From a virus (taxonomy: Duplodnaviria; Caudoviricetes), in the IMG/VR virus record IMGVR_UViG_3300010366_000031, positions 1-34,534 of that record: a stretch of DNA of 34,534 bases, one strand, 5' to 3'. Of the stretch, positions 25,141-34,434 are shown piece after piece; positions within the stretch are counted from its first letter, which is position 1, and the number at the start of each line of letters is the position of its first letter. The notes under the pieces were generated by a model. That model worked only from the letters and a program-made list of their open reading frames with translations, had not been told where the DNA came from and did no database searches. Made by a program: the position numbers and the translations under genes.

Positions 25141-26013
25141 TTACGCCGCACCGGCGACCCACGCAGTGGCGGACCAATGGAAGTCGAACGTCCCAACGGT
25201 CATCTTCTGAGTGGTCAGCCATGCCGTGGTCGGGTTCGCGATGAACCCCAGTCCGGCAAGCTTGGCGGCGTTGGTCGCATCGCTCGCGGTGATAGTCGGT
25301 TCGGCCGGGAAAACATCGCCTGGCTTCGCTGCGCCCTTGGTCGCACCGGTGTAGCCAACCCACGCGGTTCCGTTCCACGTGATGTGCGCAGCGTCGCCGG
25401 TAATGACGTACTCACTGGTGATGACCCACGTAGGCGTACCGGTCAGCAATGGTGCGGCGGCCATGTTCGCCGGAATCTGGCACCCGGTAGGAGTCCACTG
25501 ACCAGGGTTACCAGGTGTTGCACCAGTGGCCGGACCGTTCACGGGGTTACCCGCAGAATCGATCATCGTGTACTTCCCCTTGAGCGGTAGCGTCGCCTTG
25601 AACGTGGCGAACGTGCCGCTCTCCACGTTGCCAACCTGGTCCGGCGGCGCGAGCGTCACAGTGCCCTTAAAGCCGTTGCCGACCGGCCCGCCAGCCTTGT
25701 CTACCTTGGGGTAGAACGTGAACGTAGCCTCCTCGCCATCATGCTCCAGTAGGAACATCATGAACGATTCAGCACTTTCGACGTCCTGAACGCCGGTAAC
25801 CTCGAGGTTCCACACGCGCTCGGCCGCTTCCGAGAAGCTCCCTTCGGGACAGAGCGTCGTGATGGACTGAGTGTCTCCACCGGTCGACGTCAGGCCGGCC
25901 GCCGTAACGGCGCACTCGAATCCGTGCGTCACGCCAGAGACATCCTTGATCTCCAGCTTGATCCACCGCATGAACAGCGGCTTGACGGTCATCGTTGACA
26001 ATGGCGCAGTCAT
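25141..26013 (-). CDS. Major tail protein with C-terminal accessory modules
   Basis: FECAVTAAGLT...TLC...WNLEVTGVQD...FTFYP...FKGTV core, followed by two Trp/Thr-rich modules. Confidence 0.88.
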   Translation of the reverse strand: MTAPLSTMTVKPLFMRWIKLEIKDVSGVTHGFECAVTAAGLTSTGGDTQSITTLCPEGSFSEAAERVWNLEVTGVQDVESAESFMMFLLEHDGEEATFTFYPKVDKAGGPVGNGFKGTVTLAPPDQVGNVESGTFATFKATLPLKGKYTMIDSAGNPVNGPATGATPGNPGQWTPTGCQIPANMAAAPLLTGTPTWVITSEYVITGDAAHITWNGTAWVGYTGATKGAAKPGDVFPAEPTITASDATNAAKLAGLGFIANPTTAWLTTQKMTVGTFDFHWSATAWVAGAA

Positions 26014-26026
26014 CTACTCACTTCCT

Positions 26027-26383
26027 TCATGGACACCGTGTGACACCTAGCGCCACTTCGATGTTGTAAGCCGGATAGACCTGTCCGGCGATGTTGCGTA
26101 CCTCTGGGTTTACGCGGAGCACGGCGCAGTCTTGTCCTTCCAAACAGGACAGTGCCGTGTCGGTGAGCTGGTCAAGCTCGACCTGTGAGTCCATGTCCGT
26201 GGTACGACGCGAGACGATGAGCACTGGCACGCTGAACGTGTAGAGCTGCGCGTCCACCGTCATCGTTGGACGATCGATCACGATGCACGGCAACGAACCA
26301 ACGTCGTCCGGCAGATAGAGCCACACTTGGCGATCGCTATGTTTGAGCCAATCGCTGAGCAGCTCCCGAACCTCGGCAATCAT
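26027..26383 (-). CDS. Tail terminator
   Basis: Precedes the MTP; PDDVGSLPCIVI...LDQL...YPAYNI. Confidence 0.75.
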   Translation of the reverse strand: MIAEVRELLSDWLKHSDRQVWLYLPDDVGSLPCIVIDRPTMTVDAQLYTFSVPVLIVSRRTTDMDSQVELDQLTDTALSCLEGQDCAVLRVNPEVRNIAGQVYPAYNIEVALGVTRCP

Positions 26384-26700
26384 GCGATCCCCAACACCTT
26401 TGCTACGTCGACATGTTGCTCGAGCAATCTCTCGATGTCGGGATCGCGGACCATGATGCGGACCGCGCCCAGCTCATCCCATCCGGCGACACCTTCGGGT
26501 GACTGACGACGCTTGTAGAGCCGAGCGGCCAGCATGAGAACCGCTTGCACTACCTCGGGTTTGCGAACCGACGAGGCGAGCACGCGGTCATAGACGACGG
26601 AGCCAGCAGCCTCTAGGCACAGTCCCAGTACGGAATCGTCCTTTGTGGTCACCATGCCTATCAGGTTGCGCAACTCGTCGACGCTGGCTCGCTCGGCCAT
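26380..26700 (-). CDS. Head-to-tail adaptor
   Basis: VVQAVLMLAARLYKRRQSPEGVAG...DPDIERLL. Confidence 0.88.
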   Translation of the reverse strand: MAERASVDELRNLIGMVTTKDDSVLGLCLEAAGSVVYDRVLASSVRKPEVVQAVLMLAARLYKRRQSPEGVAGWDELGAVRIMVRDPDIERLLEQHVDVAKVLGIA

Positions 26701-26701
26701 G

Positions 26702-27154
26702 TCATGCTGTCCAGGTGAATGGCGCGTCTGGCTTACCGGCCACCCGATACAGGAAGTCGCCCGGTGCGGCTGGTGCCGGCAACGGAACGCTCACCGTGGA
26801 TCCATCGCCGGTAGCCAACGGCACACCCACGACCACGGTTCCCGCAGCACCAGGCGTTGCGGCCGGCACAATGCGAATCTCCGTTGGCACGCCAGAGGTT
26901 GCGAACGTGCCGGGGTTCGACGTAAATACGGCACTGACCGGTGCGGCCGCGATCGATCCAGTTACCGGTGCAACCGTGAGGATTGCTGGCGGCGGCGGTT
27001 CCTCCGGCGGAATGCTCGAGTGGCCACCCGAGCGAGCAACGTCACTACGTCGTTGCCGCGCGGCCACTACGCCGCCGGACACCTGAGCGTCCGTCTCCAT
27101 CCGCCGGATCATCTCGTCGACCGTCATGGGACCAAGTCCCATCGGCATCGTCAT
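26702..27154 (-). CDS. Hypothetical structural protein, possible decoration or Ig-like domain
   Basis: GGAGG SD before ATG 27154; Pro linker then a beta-rich T/A/V/P domain; follows the capsid gene. Confidence 0.65.
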   Translation of the reverse strand: MTMPMGLGPMTVDEMIRRMETDAQVSGGVVAARQRRSDVARSGGHSSIPPEEPPPPAILTVAPVTGSIAAAPVSAVFTSNPGTFATSGVPTEIRIVPAATPGAAGTVVVGVPLATGDGSTVSVPLPAPAAPGDFLYRVAGKPDAPFTWTA

Positions 27155-27175
27155 GCGTACCTCCATTGTGGAGGC

Positions 27176-27210
27176 CGGGGCGGGTGGACCTGAGGGAAAC
27201 ACCCGCCCCG
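27176..27210 (-). terminator. Stem-loop after the major capsid gene
   Basis: Perfect 11-bp IR CGGGGCGGGTG / CACCCGCCCCG. Confidence 0.7.
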
Positions 27211-27218
27211 ACGTCTAG

Positions 27219-28436
27219 TTACGGCGCGAGATGTACCGCACCGTTGGGTGCCGGACGGTAGAAGCCGCAATACCCAGCGACAGCAACCTGGATACCGACC
27301 ACCGACGGTTCGGTAACGGTGAGCGGCGGAAGGGTCTGCTCGTAGACCTCCATGCATGCCGCATTGAGAACCCAGAACGTGTCATCGGTCATCGCGGGAG
27401 TGACGACCAGGCCTAGACCTACCGGGTTACCGGCGAACGATGCCGCGCTCTGCTGGCCAGCGGCGTTACCCGGCGCGAGGAACGGGAAGAGCTGCCGACC
27501 CGCAGCGTCCACGATGGAGCCGAGACGAGACCAACCAGCCGGACCGGCGGCCAGCGTCGTCGGCAACTGACCCGTTGTGTTGAATACGAGCGCGGCCGCA
27601 TCGTAGATCGCCTTGATCAGTACGTCACCAGCCGCACCAGCCGCGAGCGTCACCTTGCCCGTACTCTTCTGCAGCTCAGTCAGCGCAAGCCGTTCCGTCG
27701 CGTAGGAGTAGCGCGCGGCAAGCTGATTGACGATCGTGTCCATCGATGCGACGCCGAAGTCGATAACCTGCCTCGCCACGTTGGCGTAACCGCCCACTGT
27801 AGACAGGTCGACGTTGTCCGACGTGATCTGGAACGGCTGCGATTGAAGCTCATCCTTTTCCGCTGCCTGAACTCCTGCGCCGGTGGCGATGTTCGGGTCG
27901 ACCAGTCGCGGACGACGGAAGCTCGGTCCACTAGGGACACCAATCACACCCAACGACGTAACGAGCGGCCGGGTCGAGTTGATGAAGTTGATGAGCGGAC
28001 CGACAATCTCTTGCGGCCAGATACCGGCGAACTCACCCGTGGTGATGTGCGATACCGCACGGTGGTAACGGCGTAGCCGATCCTCCGCTTCTGCGCGCTG
28101 GTTGCCCTGACCGGCCCGCATGTTCAGCAGGTCATGCACATAGGCACCAGCCGTCCGGTACTCGACTGCGTCTGCCGGCTTGCCACCCTGAACCGCACCG
28201 GACAGCCGAGCAATGGCTTCCTTGGCCTGCTCATTGAGCTCAAGGTCTCCACTGAGCACGGTCAGTTGCTTGTCGATGGCGCCGATTCGTTCCTTGGCGC
28301 GCGTGATCAATTCCAAGTCGTTGTCAGTGAGATCGCGCTCACCCTCGCTCGCCTGCGAGGTAAGTCCCTCGATGAACGTGAGCTTCTCCGCACGCTCATC
28401 GCTCAGCTTCTTCAACATTGCGTCCACTATGGACAC
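27219..28436 (-). CDS. Major capsid protein (HK97 fold with N-terminal delta/scaffold domain)
   Basis: N-terminal coiled coil (ERDLTDND), YRTAGAY, GIWPQEIVGPLINFINSTRP, QAAEKDEL, TVGGYANVARQVID. Confidence 0.93.
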   Translation of the reverse strand: MSIVDAMLKKLSDERAEKLTFIEGLTSQASEGERDLTDNDLELITRAKERIGAIDKQLTVLSGDLELNEQAKEAIARLSGAVQGGKPADAVEYRTAGAYVHDLLNMRAGQGNQRAEAEDRLRRYHRAVSHITTGEFAGIWPQEIVGPLINFINSTRPLVTSLGVIGVPSGPSFRRPRLVDPNIATGAGVQAAEKDELQSQPFQITSDNVDLSTVGGYANVARQVIDFGVASMDTIVNQLAARYSYATERLALTELQKSTGKVTLAAGAAGDVLIKAIYDAAALVFNTTGQLPTTLAAGPAGWSRLGSIVDAAGRQLFPFLAPGNAAGQQSAASFAGNPVGLGLVVTPAMTDDTFWVLNAACMEVYEQTLPPLTVTEPSVVGIQVAVAGYCGFYRPAPNGAVHLAP

Positions 28437-28575
28437 CTTCCCTTTGACGATCGGATGACTTCCCGTCCGCCTGAGGGGTGATCCATCGGGGGGTGACGAC
28501 TGTCTGTCGCGGTGCCCGTGAACGGTGCCTCTAATGTGGACTTACTTGCGTTGCCTTGCTGTGACGTACGTTGCC

Positions 28576-28761
28576 TTACATTGGTTGCTGCTCGAGCGTC
28601 AGCACTCGCGCGTTGAGATCGCTCACCATGTCTTGCAGTGCCACTAGCTGAGTCAGTACCTCGTCTAGCGTGGTGGTACCGAGGACGCCTACCGGTGGTA
28701 CACCCATCGACAGCGTGAGCCCCTCATCGATCACCTTGAGTCGTTCATCGAAGTCAGACAC
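28576..28761 (-). CDS. Small coiled-coil hypothetical protein
   Basis: Overlaps the upstream gene end; LQDMVSDLNARVLTLE heptads. Confidence 0.65.
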   Translation of the reverse strand: MSDFDERLKVIDEGLTLSMGVPPVGVLGTTTLDEVLTQLVALQDMVSDLNARVLTLEQQPM

Positions 28762-29302
28762 TCGCGTTCACCCCGATCAGGACCGGCGTCGGTACCGGTG
28801 CGAACGTCTGCCCGGCCACGATCGACATGGAACCCTCCGCCACCCGTTGCCAACCGCCACCATCCACGGTGGACACGTAGAGGTCCCACGGCCACACACC
28901 CTCATGCGGCGTGAGGTTCGACGTCTCCGCATCGGTGAGATGGATCGTGGCCAAGGTGTCGGCATCGCTGAGCACTACGGGAAGCGCGACCGGACGGCCG
29001 TCGATGTCCCGCCAACCGGCCTGCGCATCGATGAACGTCTGCGCCACGGCCGGCATGACAAGCTCCGTGTTCGGCAACCAGATGTGCGGTTCCCACCAGA
29101 GCCCTTGGCGGAACCGCAGGTGTACGCCGCCGGACTCGGGGATGACGAACGCGACCAGCTCGGGTCGCTCGTCGAGGTAGATGCGTTCACCCACCGCGAC
29201 AGCAACCGCTTGCTTCGGCGAACCGGTTTCGCGGTAGAGCCTGAACCCCTTGGCGAAGACAGCGCCGGTGTCGATGGCCAGATCGACTCTCGCGGGTCTC
29301 AT
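28754..29302 (-). CDS. Putative virion beta-sandwich protein (BppU N-terminal-like)
   Basis: ATGA overlap with the MTase stop; DLAIDTGAVF...TIHLTDAETSNL...WDLYV...RVAEGSM pattern. Confidence 0.6.
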   Translation of the reverse strand: MRPARVDLAIDTGAVFAKGFRLYRETGSPKQAVAVAVGERIYLDERPELVAFVIPESGGVHLRFRQGLWWEPHIWLPNTELVMPAVAQTFIDAQAGWRDIDGRPVALPVVLSDADTLATIHLTDAETSNLTPHEGVWPWDLYVSTVDGGGWQRVAEGSMSIVAGQTFAPVPTPVLIGVNASV

Positions 29303-30204
29303 GTCAGTAACTCCCATGCGCGAGCTACCTGCGGTGGGCAGGCACCGTTACCGATGGCCCGTAGTGCCGCCACGCGGTCCAGCTTGGACGTCACGTGACC
29401 GGATGGCAGGCACATCAACCATTCCGCGAACTCGGCGGCCAGGCGAGGCGTGCCGTTGCGGTTCGTCTCCGTTGCTCGCGGTGCGGTGCCGTACCGTGCC
29501 TCATGCATCAATATCGCGTCCCCGTACGGTCCCCAGTGTCCCGGCAACGTCACCAGCGTTGCGCCGAGCGGAATCCCTTTACCACGATGCGCCCGGCGCT
29601 CAATCCAGAACTGCGAGCTAGCTTCGCCTCGGTGGTCACCGTCGCGCGCAATCGGAGTTGGTAGCAGGCCGTTCCGTCCACAAGGGAGCGCGGGAACCCG
29701 ACGCACGATCCCACTTCCACGGGTGGCCAGCGCGAACACGCGATGGCGATGGTGTGCTGCCCCGATGTGGCAAGCGCCAATAGTCAGCCACCGCACGCCG
29801 TAGCCCAGTCTGGTGAGATCACCGAGCATGACGCTCCACAGTTGCCCACCCGCGTACGTCACCAGACTGTCAACGTTCTCAATGAAGACGCGGTCAGGCG
29901 ACATGGCCCGGATACCCCTACGGACGGCCGCCCAGAGCCAGCGTGGGTCAGTACTTCCAAGCGCCGAACCGGCGAGGCTCACCGGCTGGCAAGGGAAACC
30001 AGCGGTCAACGTGTCGACCGGCGCGACCCGCGACCATCGGACCCGCTGAATATCGCCAAGATTGGGAGTCTCGCCATGCAGTGACGTCAACGCCGGTTCC
30101 GTCTCCGCCAGCCAACGCACGTCGATATCCAGACCGGTCGAACGCAATCCCATCTCAATGCCGCCATAGCCGGTGCACAACGAACCGACCCGGAGCGTTT
30201 TCAT
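29299..30204 (-). CDS. DNA (cytosine-5) methyltransferase
   Basis: Motif I SLCTGYGG, IV AGFPCQ, VI IENV, VIII HHRHRVF, IX-X EWLMCLP...AIGNG. Confidence 0.93.
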   Translation of the reverse strand: MKTLRVGSLCTGYGGIEMGLRSTGLDIDVRWLAETEPALTSLHGETPNLGDIQRVRWSRVAPVDTLTAGFPCQPVSLAGSALGSTDPRWLWAAVRRGIRAMSPDRVFIENVDSLVTYAGGQLWSVMLGDLTRLGYGVRWLTIGACHIGAAHHRHRVFALATRGSGIVRRVPALPCGRNGLLPTPIARDGDHRGEASSQFWIERRAHRGKGIPLGATLVTLPGHWGPYGDAILMHEARYGTAPRATETNRNGTPRLAAEFAEWLMCLPSGHVTSKLDRVAALRAIGNGACPPQVARAWELLT

Positions 30205-31088
30205 GATCGCTCACCTCGCAAGCGGTCGATCATGGCGCGTTCCTCAGCGGGCCGCCGGAGCATCGCCAAGTCGGCCAGGGCTTCCGTCAAACGTGGCCGC
30301 GCGGAGCCCTGAGCGCCATTCTCAGCCAAGATCACGGCTTCCTCGGTGTCCGGTGCACCGTCGACCCCCAGGGCTTCCCTGACGGATCGCACGAACGCGC
30401 CGGCGTAGGCCGGGTCAGGAACGGCGGCCACGTGCTGAACGTGCACCCGTAGCCGGTTCACCACACCATCGGAATCGCGATGATGGGTGAGCGAGTGGAA
30501 CGCCAGGGACAGACCACGATGCGTGGAGGTGAGAAGCTCGCGCGCCCGATCGGCCACGCTCGGATGCAACCGGAAGGTGGCCCACGCGCCATCCGCGCGT
30601 TCCTCGAGAGTCCGGCCGTAGCCCAGCTCAAGAAACGGCGTATCGAGGTGCGTGAGGTAGAGGTGTACCCGGTCCCATGCCGACGTCATCCGCGACAGCG
30701 CGCCCCGGACGAACCTCTCCTTGCCGGGTAGGCCGTCCTCATCGAACTCGATCACCTCGCCGTAAGGCACAACTCGACCCTCAACGGTGCGCCCGTCACC
30801 GATCGCGCGGAGCTGCATGTCCACGCTACGAAGGTGCAACGTGCGGCCGGCCGAGCGTTGCTCGGCGAACGTGATCCCGTACTTCTTGCCGGCCGAGACG
30901 ATGCGCGCCTTGACGCGAGCGAGGTTCTCGGCGCTGTACTGCTTGGCGTTGCTCGGATCGTTGATGCGCGACCAGGCGTTGCGTACGTGCTTCTCGGTGT
31001 CGATGGGGTACCGGTGAATGCCGTCTTCCTGGTAACCAGGGTCGGCATAGGTGACGTCACCGTATGGCTTCTTGGGATCGGCGGCCAT
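30201..31088 (-). CDS. HK97-type prohead protease with extra N-terminal domain
   Basis: RTVEGRVVPYG, ERFVRGA, LTH, GLSLAF, HVAAVPDPAYAGA; N-term YADPGY...RYPIDT..HVRNAWS. Confidence 0.9.
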   Translation of the reverse strand: MAADPKKPYGDVTYADPGYQEDGIHRYPIDTEKHVRNAWSRINDPSNAKQYSAENLARVKARIVSAGKKYGITFAEQRSAGRTLHLRSVDMQLRAIGDGRTVEGRVVPYGEVIEFDEDGLPGKERFVRGALSRMTSAWDRVHLYLTHLDTPFLELGYGRTLEERADGAWATFRLHPSVADRARELLTSTHRGLSLAFHSLTHHRDSDGVVNRLRVHVQHVAAVPDPAYAGAFVRSVREALGVDGAPDTEEAVILAENGAQGSARPRLTEALADLAMLRRPAEERAMIDRLRGERS

Positions 31089-32488
31089 CAGATCTCACCG
31101 TTCGTCTGCTGCGCCATGATGAGCGCGGTTTGGTCGCCCATTGGATGCATGTTCTCCCACACCCGGATCTCATCGACGGTGACGATTCCCGAGTCCACGA
31201 GGATCTTGTACGCCTGCGCGCGCTCGGGAAGTGCCGGTCGGATGAAGTGGTCGGCATCGTGGCGGACCGCGACACCAACCGGCAAGCAGAACTGTGTCAA
31301 TGCCTGCATGATGTCGACACTCAACGGCCGTAGCGTCGCCCGCCAGAAGTAGTCGAAGGTACCGACGACGGTCGCGTACGTCAGGCCATCCTGCATCGGC
31401 AAGCCGACTAGCCACAGCGGAACCCCGAAACACGAGGCGATGCGCGCCTCGTCGAACGCACGCAGGTCGAGCAGACCTACCTCAGCCGGCTTGAGATTGA
31501 GCGGCGTGTACGTTAACCCTCCACTGAGGACAACCGGCAACGTACCGCGCGTCATCGCCGCTTCGGCCCAGGACTGTTTGAGCGCCCGAGCCTGCTCGCC
31601 CGTCAGCTTCGTCTGAGACTGGAGTATCGCGGTTGGAATGCCGTTGCCGATGGCAAGCTCCGTACCCCAACGCTCGAGCGCGTCCGCACCTACCGTGTTG
31701 CGCCATGCTGCCTCGAGCGGTCCGACGCCGAACGGGATACCCGGCCAAACCTGGTAGCGAATGTGGAGGATCTCCGAGCGCGGCACGATCCCCACACCAC
31801 GAATGAAGTACGTCGGCATGCCGAACTCATCCATGGTGATCTCCACCATGTCCGGGTTGAGGACAACCCACCGCGCGACCATGCCGCTCGGGTGGCGCGC
31901 CGTGGCCACGATGAACGCCGCCCCGCGCATCAGCAGGGAGTTAACGATCGCCTTCATGGCGTCCACCATGGACACGTAGACAGCCGGTTCTGGGTTGTCG
32001 ACCCATGCCGGGTTCGGTACCGGCGACGAGTCCATCGACGTCAGGATCGGCATGGACGCCAGCGAACGGCCGATCAGATCCACGCACGCGAACACAGTGG
32101 ACACTCGACCCTCAAGCATGGTGCCACCGAGGTACCGGCTACCCCAACCGCCACCACCTATCGTGGATGGGTATAGGCCACCCGGTCCACCCGGACTAGC
32201 GGCATAGAACGGTTGCTCCCAGCCGGACGGGTAACCCTTCCACCGCGTGGAGTGTGGGAAGCCGGCGTCACCTTCCTGCGGTCCCCAGACGTGCGCACCC
32301 TCGACGAAGTCACCCGGCCGGCCAAGCTCCACATTGGTCGGTGGCCGCGACGTCGCACCCACGTAGAAGCGCGAGCCGCCACCCCAACCATATCCACCGC
32401 CGTAATTGGTATAGCCACCGCGGCTTCCCCCAGCGTACACAATGGACGGTGAAAGCGAGCGTGCTCGCCTGGCTAGTGCGCTACGCAT
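31088..32488 (-). CDS. Portal protein with Gly-rich N-terminal extension
   Basis: STVFACVDLI, LLMRGAAF, EILHIR, GVGPLE, VLSGG, IASCFGVP, TVDEIRVWENM. Confidence 0.93.
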   Translation of the reverse strand: MRSALARRARSLSPSIVYAGGSRGGYTNYGGGYGWGGGSRFYVGATSRPPTNVELGRPGDFVEGAHVWGPQEGDAGFPHSTRWKGYPSGWEQPFYAASPGGPGGLYPSTIGGGGWGSRYLGGTMLEGRVSTVFACVDLIGRSLASMPILTSMDSSPVPNPAWVDNPEPAVYVSMVDAMKAIVNSLLMRGAAFIVATARHPSGMVARWVVLNPDMVEITMDEFGMPTYFIRGVGIVPRSEILHIRYQVWPGIPFGVGPLEAAWRNTVGADALERWGTELAIGNGIPTAILQSQTKLTGEQARALKQSWAEAAMTRGTLPVVLSGGLTYTPLNLKPAEVGLLDLRAFDEARIASCFGVPLWLVGLPMQDGLTYATVVGTFDYFWRATLRPLSVDIMQALTQFCLPVGVAVRHDADHFIRPALPERAQAYKILVDSGIVTVDEIRVWENMHPMGDQTALIMAQQTNGEI

Positions 32489-32507
32489 GTCACCTTCCCT
32501 CGTTTGG

Positions 32508-32541
32508 TCGGAGCGGATGGGTCACGCACCATCCGCTCCGA
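32508..32541 (-). terminator. Stem-loop between terL and portal
   Basis: Perfect 13-bp IR TCGGAGCGGATGG / CCATCCGCTCCGA. Confidence 0.6.
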
Positions 32542-32546
32542 AGTCA

Positions 32547-33941
32547 TTAGTAGATCGCTATGGCTGAACCGTCGTCGCCAGCGTCGAGCGCACGGAGCGC
32601 GCACGTGGCCGCAATCAACGCCGTCGGTGGCGTCGTCGTCTTTCGATCCCATACCCAACCGCCGGTGAGGTAGCGAGCACTTGCTTTGGCTGCGTCGGCG
32701 ACCAGATCTGGAACCTGTGCAATGTGGACGCTGCCCTCCGCCACACGCTGAGCGAAGGCGGCACACGCCGCCGGATAGTCGCTGTGCCGTAGACCGGCGC
32801 CGATCACCTGGTAGTCACGCTCGGCGCGTTCCATGACGTCCGTGATCCCTCCACGAGCGTCATAGGCGACATGGTTCGCGTCGTAGCGGACGGATAGCTC
32901 GCCGAGGCGATGCGCGACCCACCCCGCACCGCCCCGGCGATCAACGATCGTCACTACCGGGATGCCATCGTCTCCGGTGAATGCTGCTGCAATCGCTGCG
33001 GCCGATCGGTCCCAGGCAACGTCAACCCCCCAGGCAATCCGGCGGCCGTCGGTAGGGGGTTGCGGGACGGGAACGACCAACGGGATCACGGAGTCTTCGG
33101 CGAGCACGCTTTCGACCGCAGACTCAGACCAGACCCCTAGCCGCTCGCGGATGAATGACTTGCGCGTCATCGTGGCGTACTCGGTCTGTATCGCCGCTTC
33201 CGTCAGTCGACGACCATAGGCCGGGTTCGATGCCGCCCAGACACGCGGGTCGCCCGGGTCGTCCGTGGGATCCGCGTGCCATTCCCAGTAAGCAAACGAT
33301 CGTGGCTTGACGCGCGCATGCCCGCGTTGCCGCAACCGTAGTAGTACCTGCGCTTCCCATGTACCGGCCGAAGAGAAGTACATCACTTGCGGATTCGGTC
33401 TGGCCGAAGTGGACGGTAGGAGTGTCGCCATCACTTCGTCGTTGAGTGCGAACGCCTCATCGAGGATGATGCAGTCTGGCGACAGGCCACGGCCGGACGA
33501 ACGGGTGCGAGCGATGAGCTTGAACCGGTTCCCATTGGTGAACGTCACCGTCTCCGAGCCGGGACTGATGACCACTTTGGACACGTACGGCTTCATGTAC
33601 TCAGCCGTGCAGATATCCACGAGTTGGCGCCATACCTCGCGCGCGGTTCGGTACTCGTGCGCGCTGTAGAGCGTCAGCTTTTCGTTGTAGAGCAACGCTC
33701 CGGCCAACGCGCGAGCGACGATCATGTACGACTTGCCGTTCTGTCGTGGCACGATCGCGCACACTTCGAATGCCGACCACTTGCCATCCTCAGTACGCCG
33801 GCCACTCTCGTTCAGAATCTCCGACTGCCACGGGTCAAGCTGCATGCCGCACAGTTCGGCAAGCCGTTGCGCGCGAGTGTCCGATCGACCGTCAGGAATC
33901 AGTCTCGTGGTGGCTTCCTGGCACCCAACGATGGCGCTCAT
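32547..33941 (-). CDS. terL: Terminase large subunit
   Basis: LDPWQ, VPRQNGKS Walker A, IILDEA Walker B, SSAG, WAASNPAYG, GVDV nuclease motif. Confidence 0.95.
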   Translation of the reverse strand: MSAIVGCQEATTRLIPDGRSDTRAQRLAELCGMQLDPWQSEILNESGRRTEDGKWSAFEVCAIVPRQNGKSYMIVARALAGALLYNEKLTLYSAHEYRTAREVWRQLVDICTAEYMKPYVSKVVISPGSETVTFTNGNRFKLIARTRSSGRGLSPDCIILDEAFALNDEVMATLLPSTSARPNPQVMYFSSAGTWEAQVLLRLRQRGHARVKPRSFAYWEWHADPTDDPGDPRVWAASNPAYGRRLTEAAIQTEYATMTRKSFIRERLGVWSESAVESVLAEDSVIPLVVPVPQPPTDGRRIAWGVDVAWDRSAAAIAAAFTGDDGIPVVTIVDRRGGAGWVAHRLGELSVRYDANHVAYDARGGITDVMERAERDYQVIGAGLRHSDYPAACAAFAQRVAEGSVHIAQVPDLVADAAKASARYLTGGWVWDRKTTTPPTALIAATCALRALDAGDDGSAIAIY

Positions 33942-34192
33942 CGTTGGCTCGTATTCTCAGCGAGGAAGGTGTCCAGTGGATTGGCCGGAGCATTCACGCG
34001 CGTTCCACGGTTGCGGTCGAGTTGCTCGAGATCTCTGAGCGCGCGCAGGAGAACGAGCGTTGTCCGTAGTCGGATATCGTCGTCGACCTCTGTGTCGATG
34101 CGCTCGGCCAGGCCGGCGGCCAGCGTCGTCAAGGTGACGCGCACGTCACCGCTCACGACATCCGCGATCGCCGCTACCATCCGGCGTCCCAT
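33938..34192 (-). CDS. Probable terminase small subunit
   Basis: Short helical protein between HNH and terL; LAERID...NPLDTFL; ATGA overlap with terL. Confidence 0.65.
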   Translation of the reverse strand: MGRRMVAAIADVVSGDVRVTLTTLAAGLAERIDTEVDDDIRLRTTLVLLRALRDLEQLDRNRGTRVNAPANPLDTFLAENTSQR

Positions 34193-34434
34193 GTGGATGG
34201 TAGCGGTGCATCCTTGCGCATGCTGTTACAGCTACGGTGCGCCGGACGCGCGTTGTCGATGTCCCACCGAAGGTCGGGCCGCTCGGATAGTGGGATGAGG
34301 TGATCGGCCGTGTTGGCGCCGGGTCCGCCACAGAGATGACACGACGTGCCGTACATCGCGAAAACTGCGCGGTTGAATGCGGCGATGGCAACGCCACTGG
34401 GTGCCCTACCAGCCGCCATTGCGAGGTTCGCCAT
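34174..34434 (-). CDS. HNH endonuclease, terminase-associated
   Basis: CHLCG...TADHLIP...DNARPAHRSCN. Confidence 0.9.
   Translation of the reverse strand: MANLAMAAGRAPSGVAIAAFNRAVFAMYGTSCHLCGGPGANTADHLIPLSERPDLRWDIDNARPAHRSCNSMRKDAPLPSTWDAGW

Noticed and set aside
29299-30204. Restriction-modification system
   Set aside because: No adjacent endonuclease; the HNH, Cas4-like and resolvase genes have standard phage roles.
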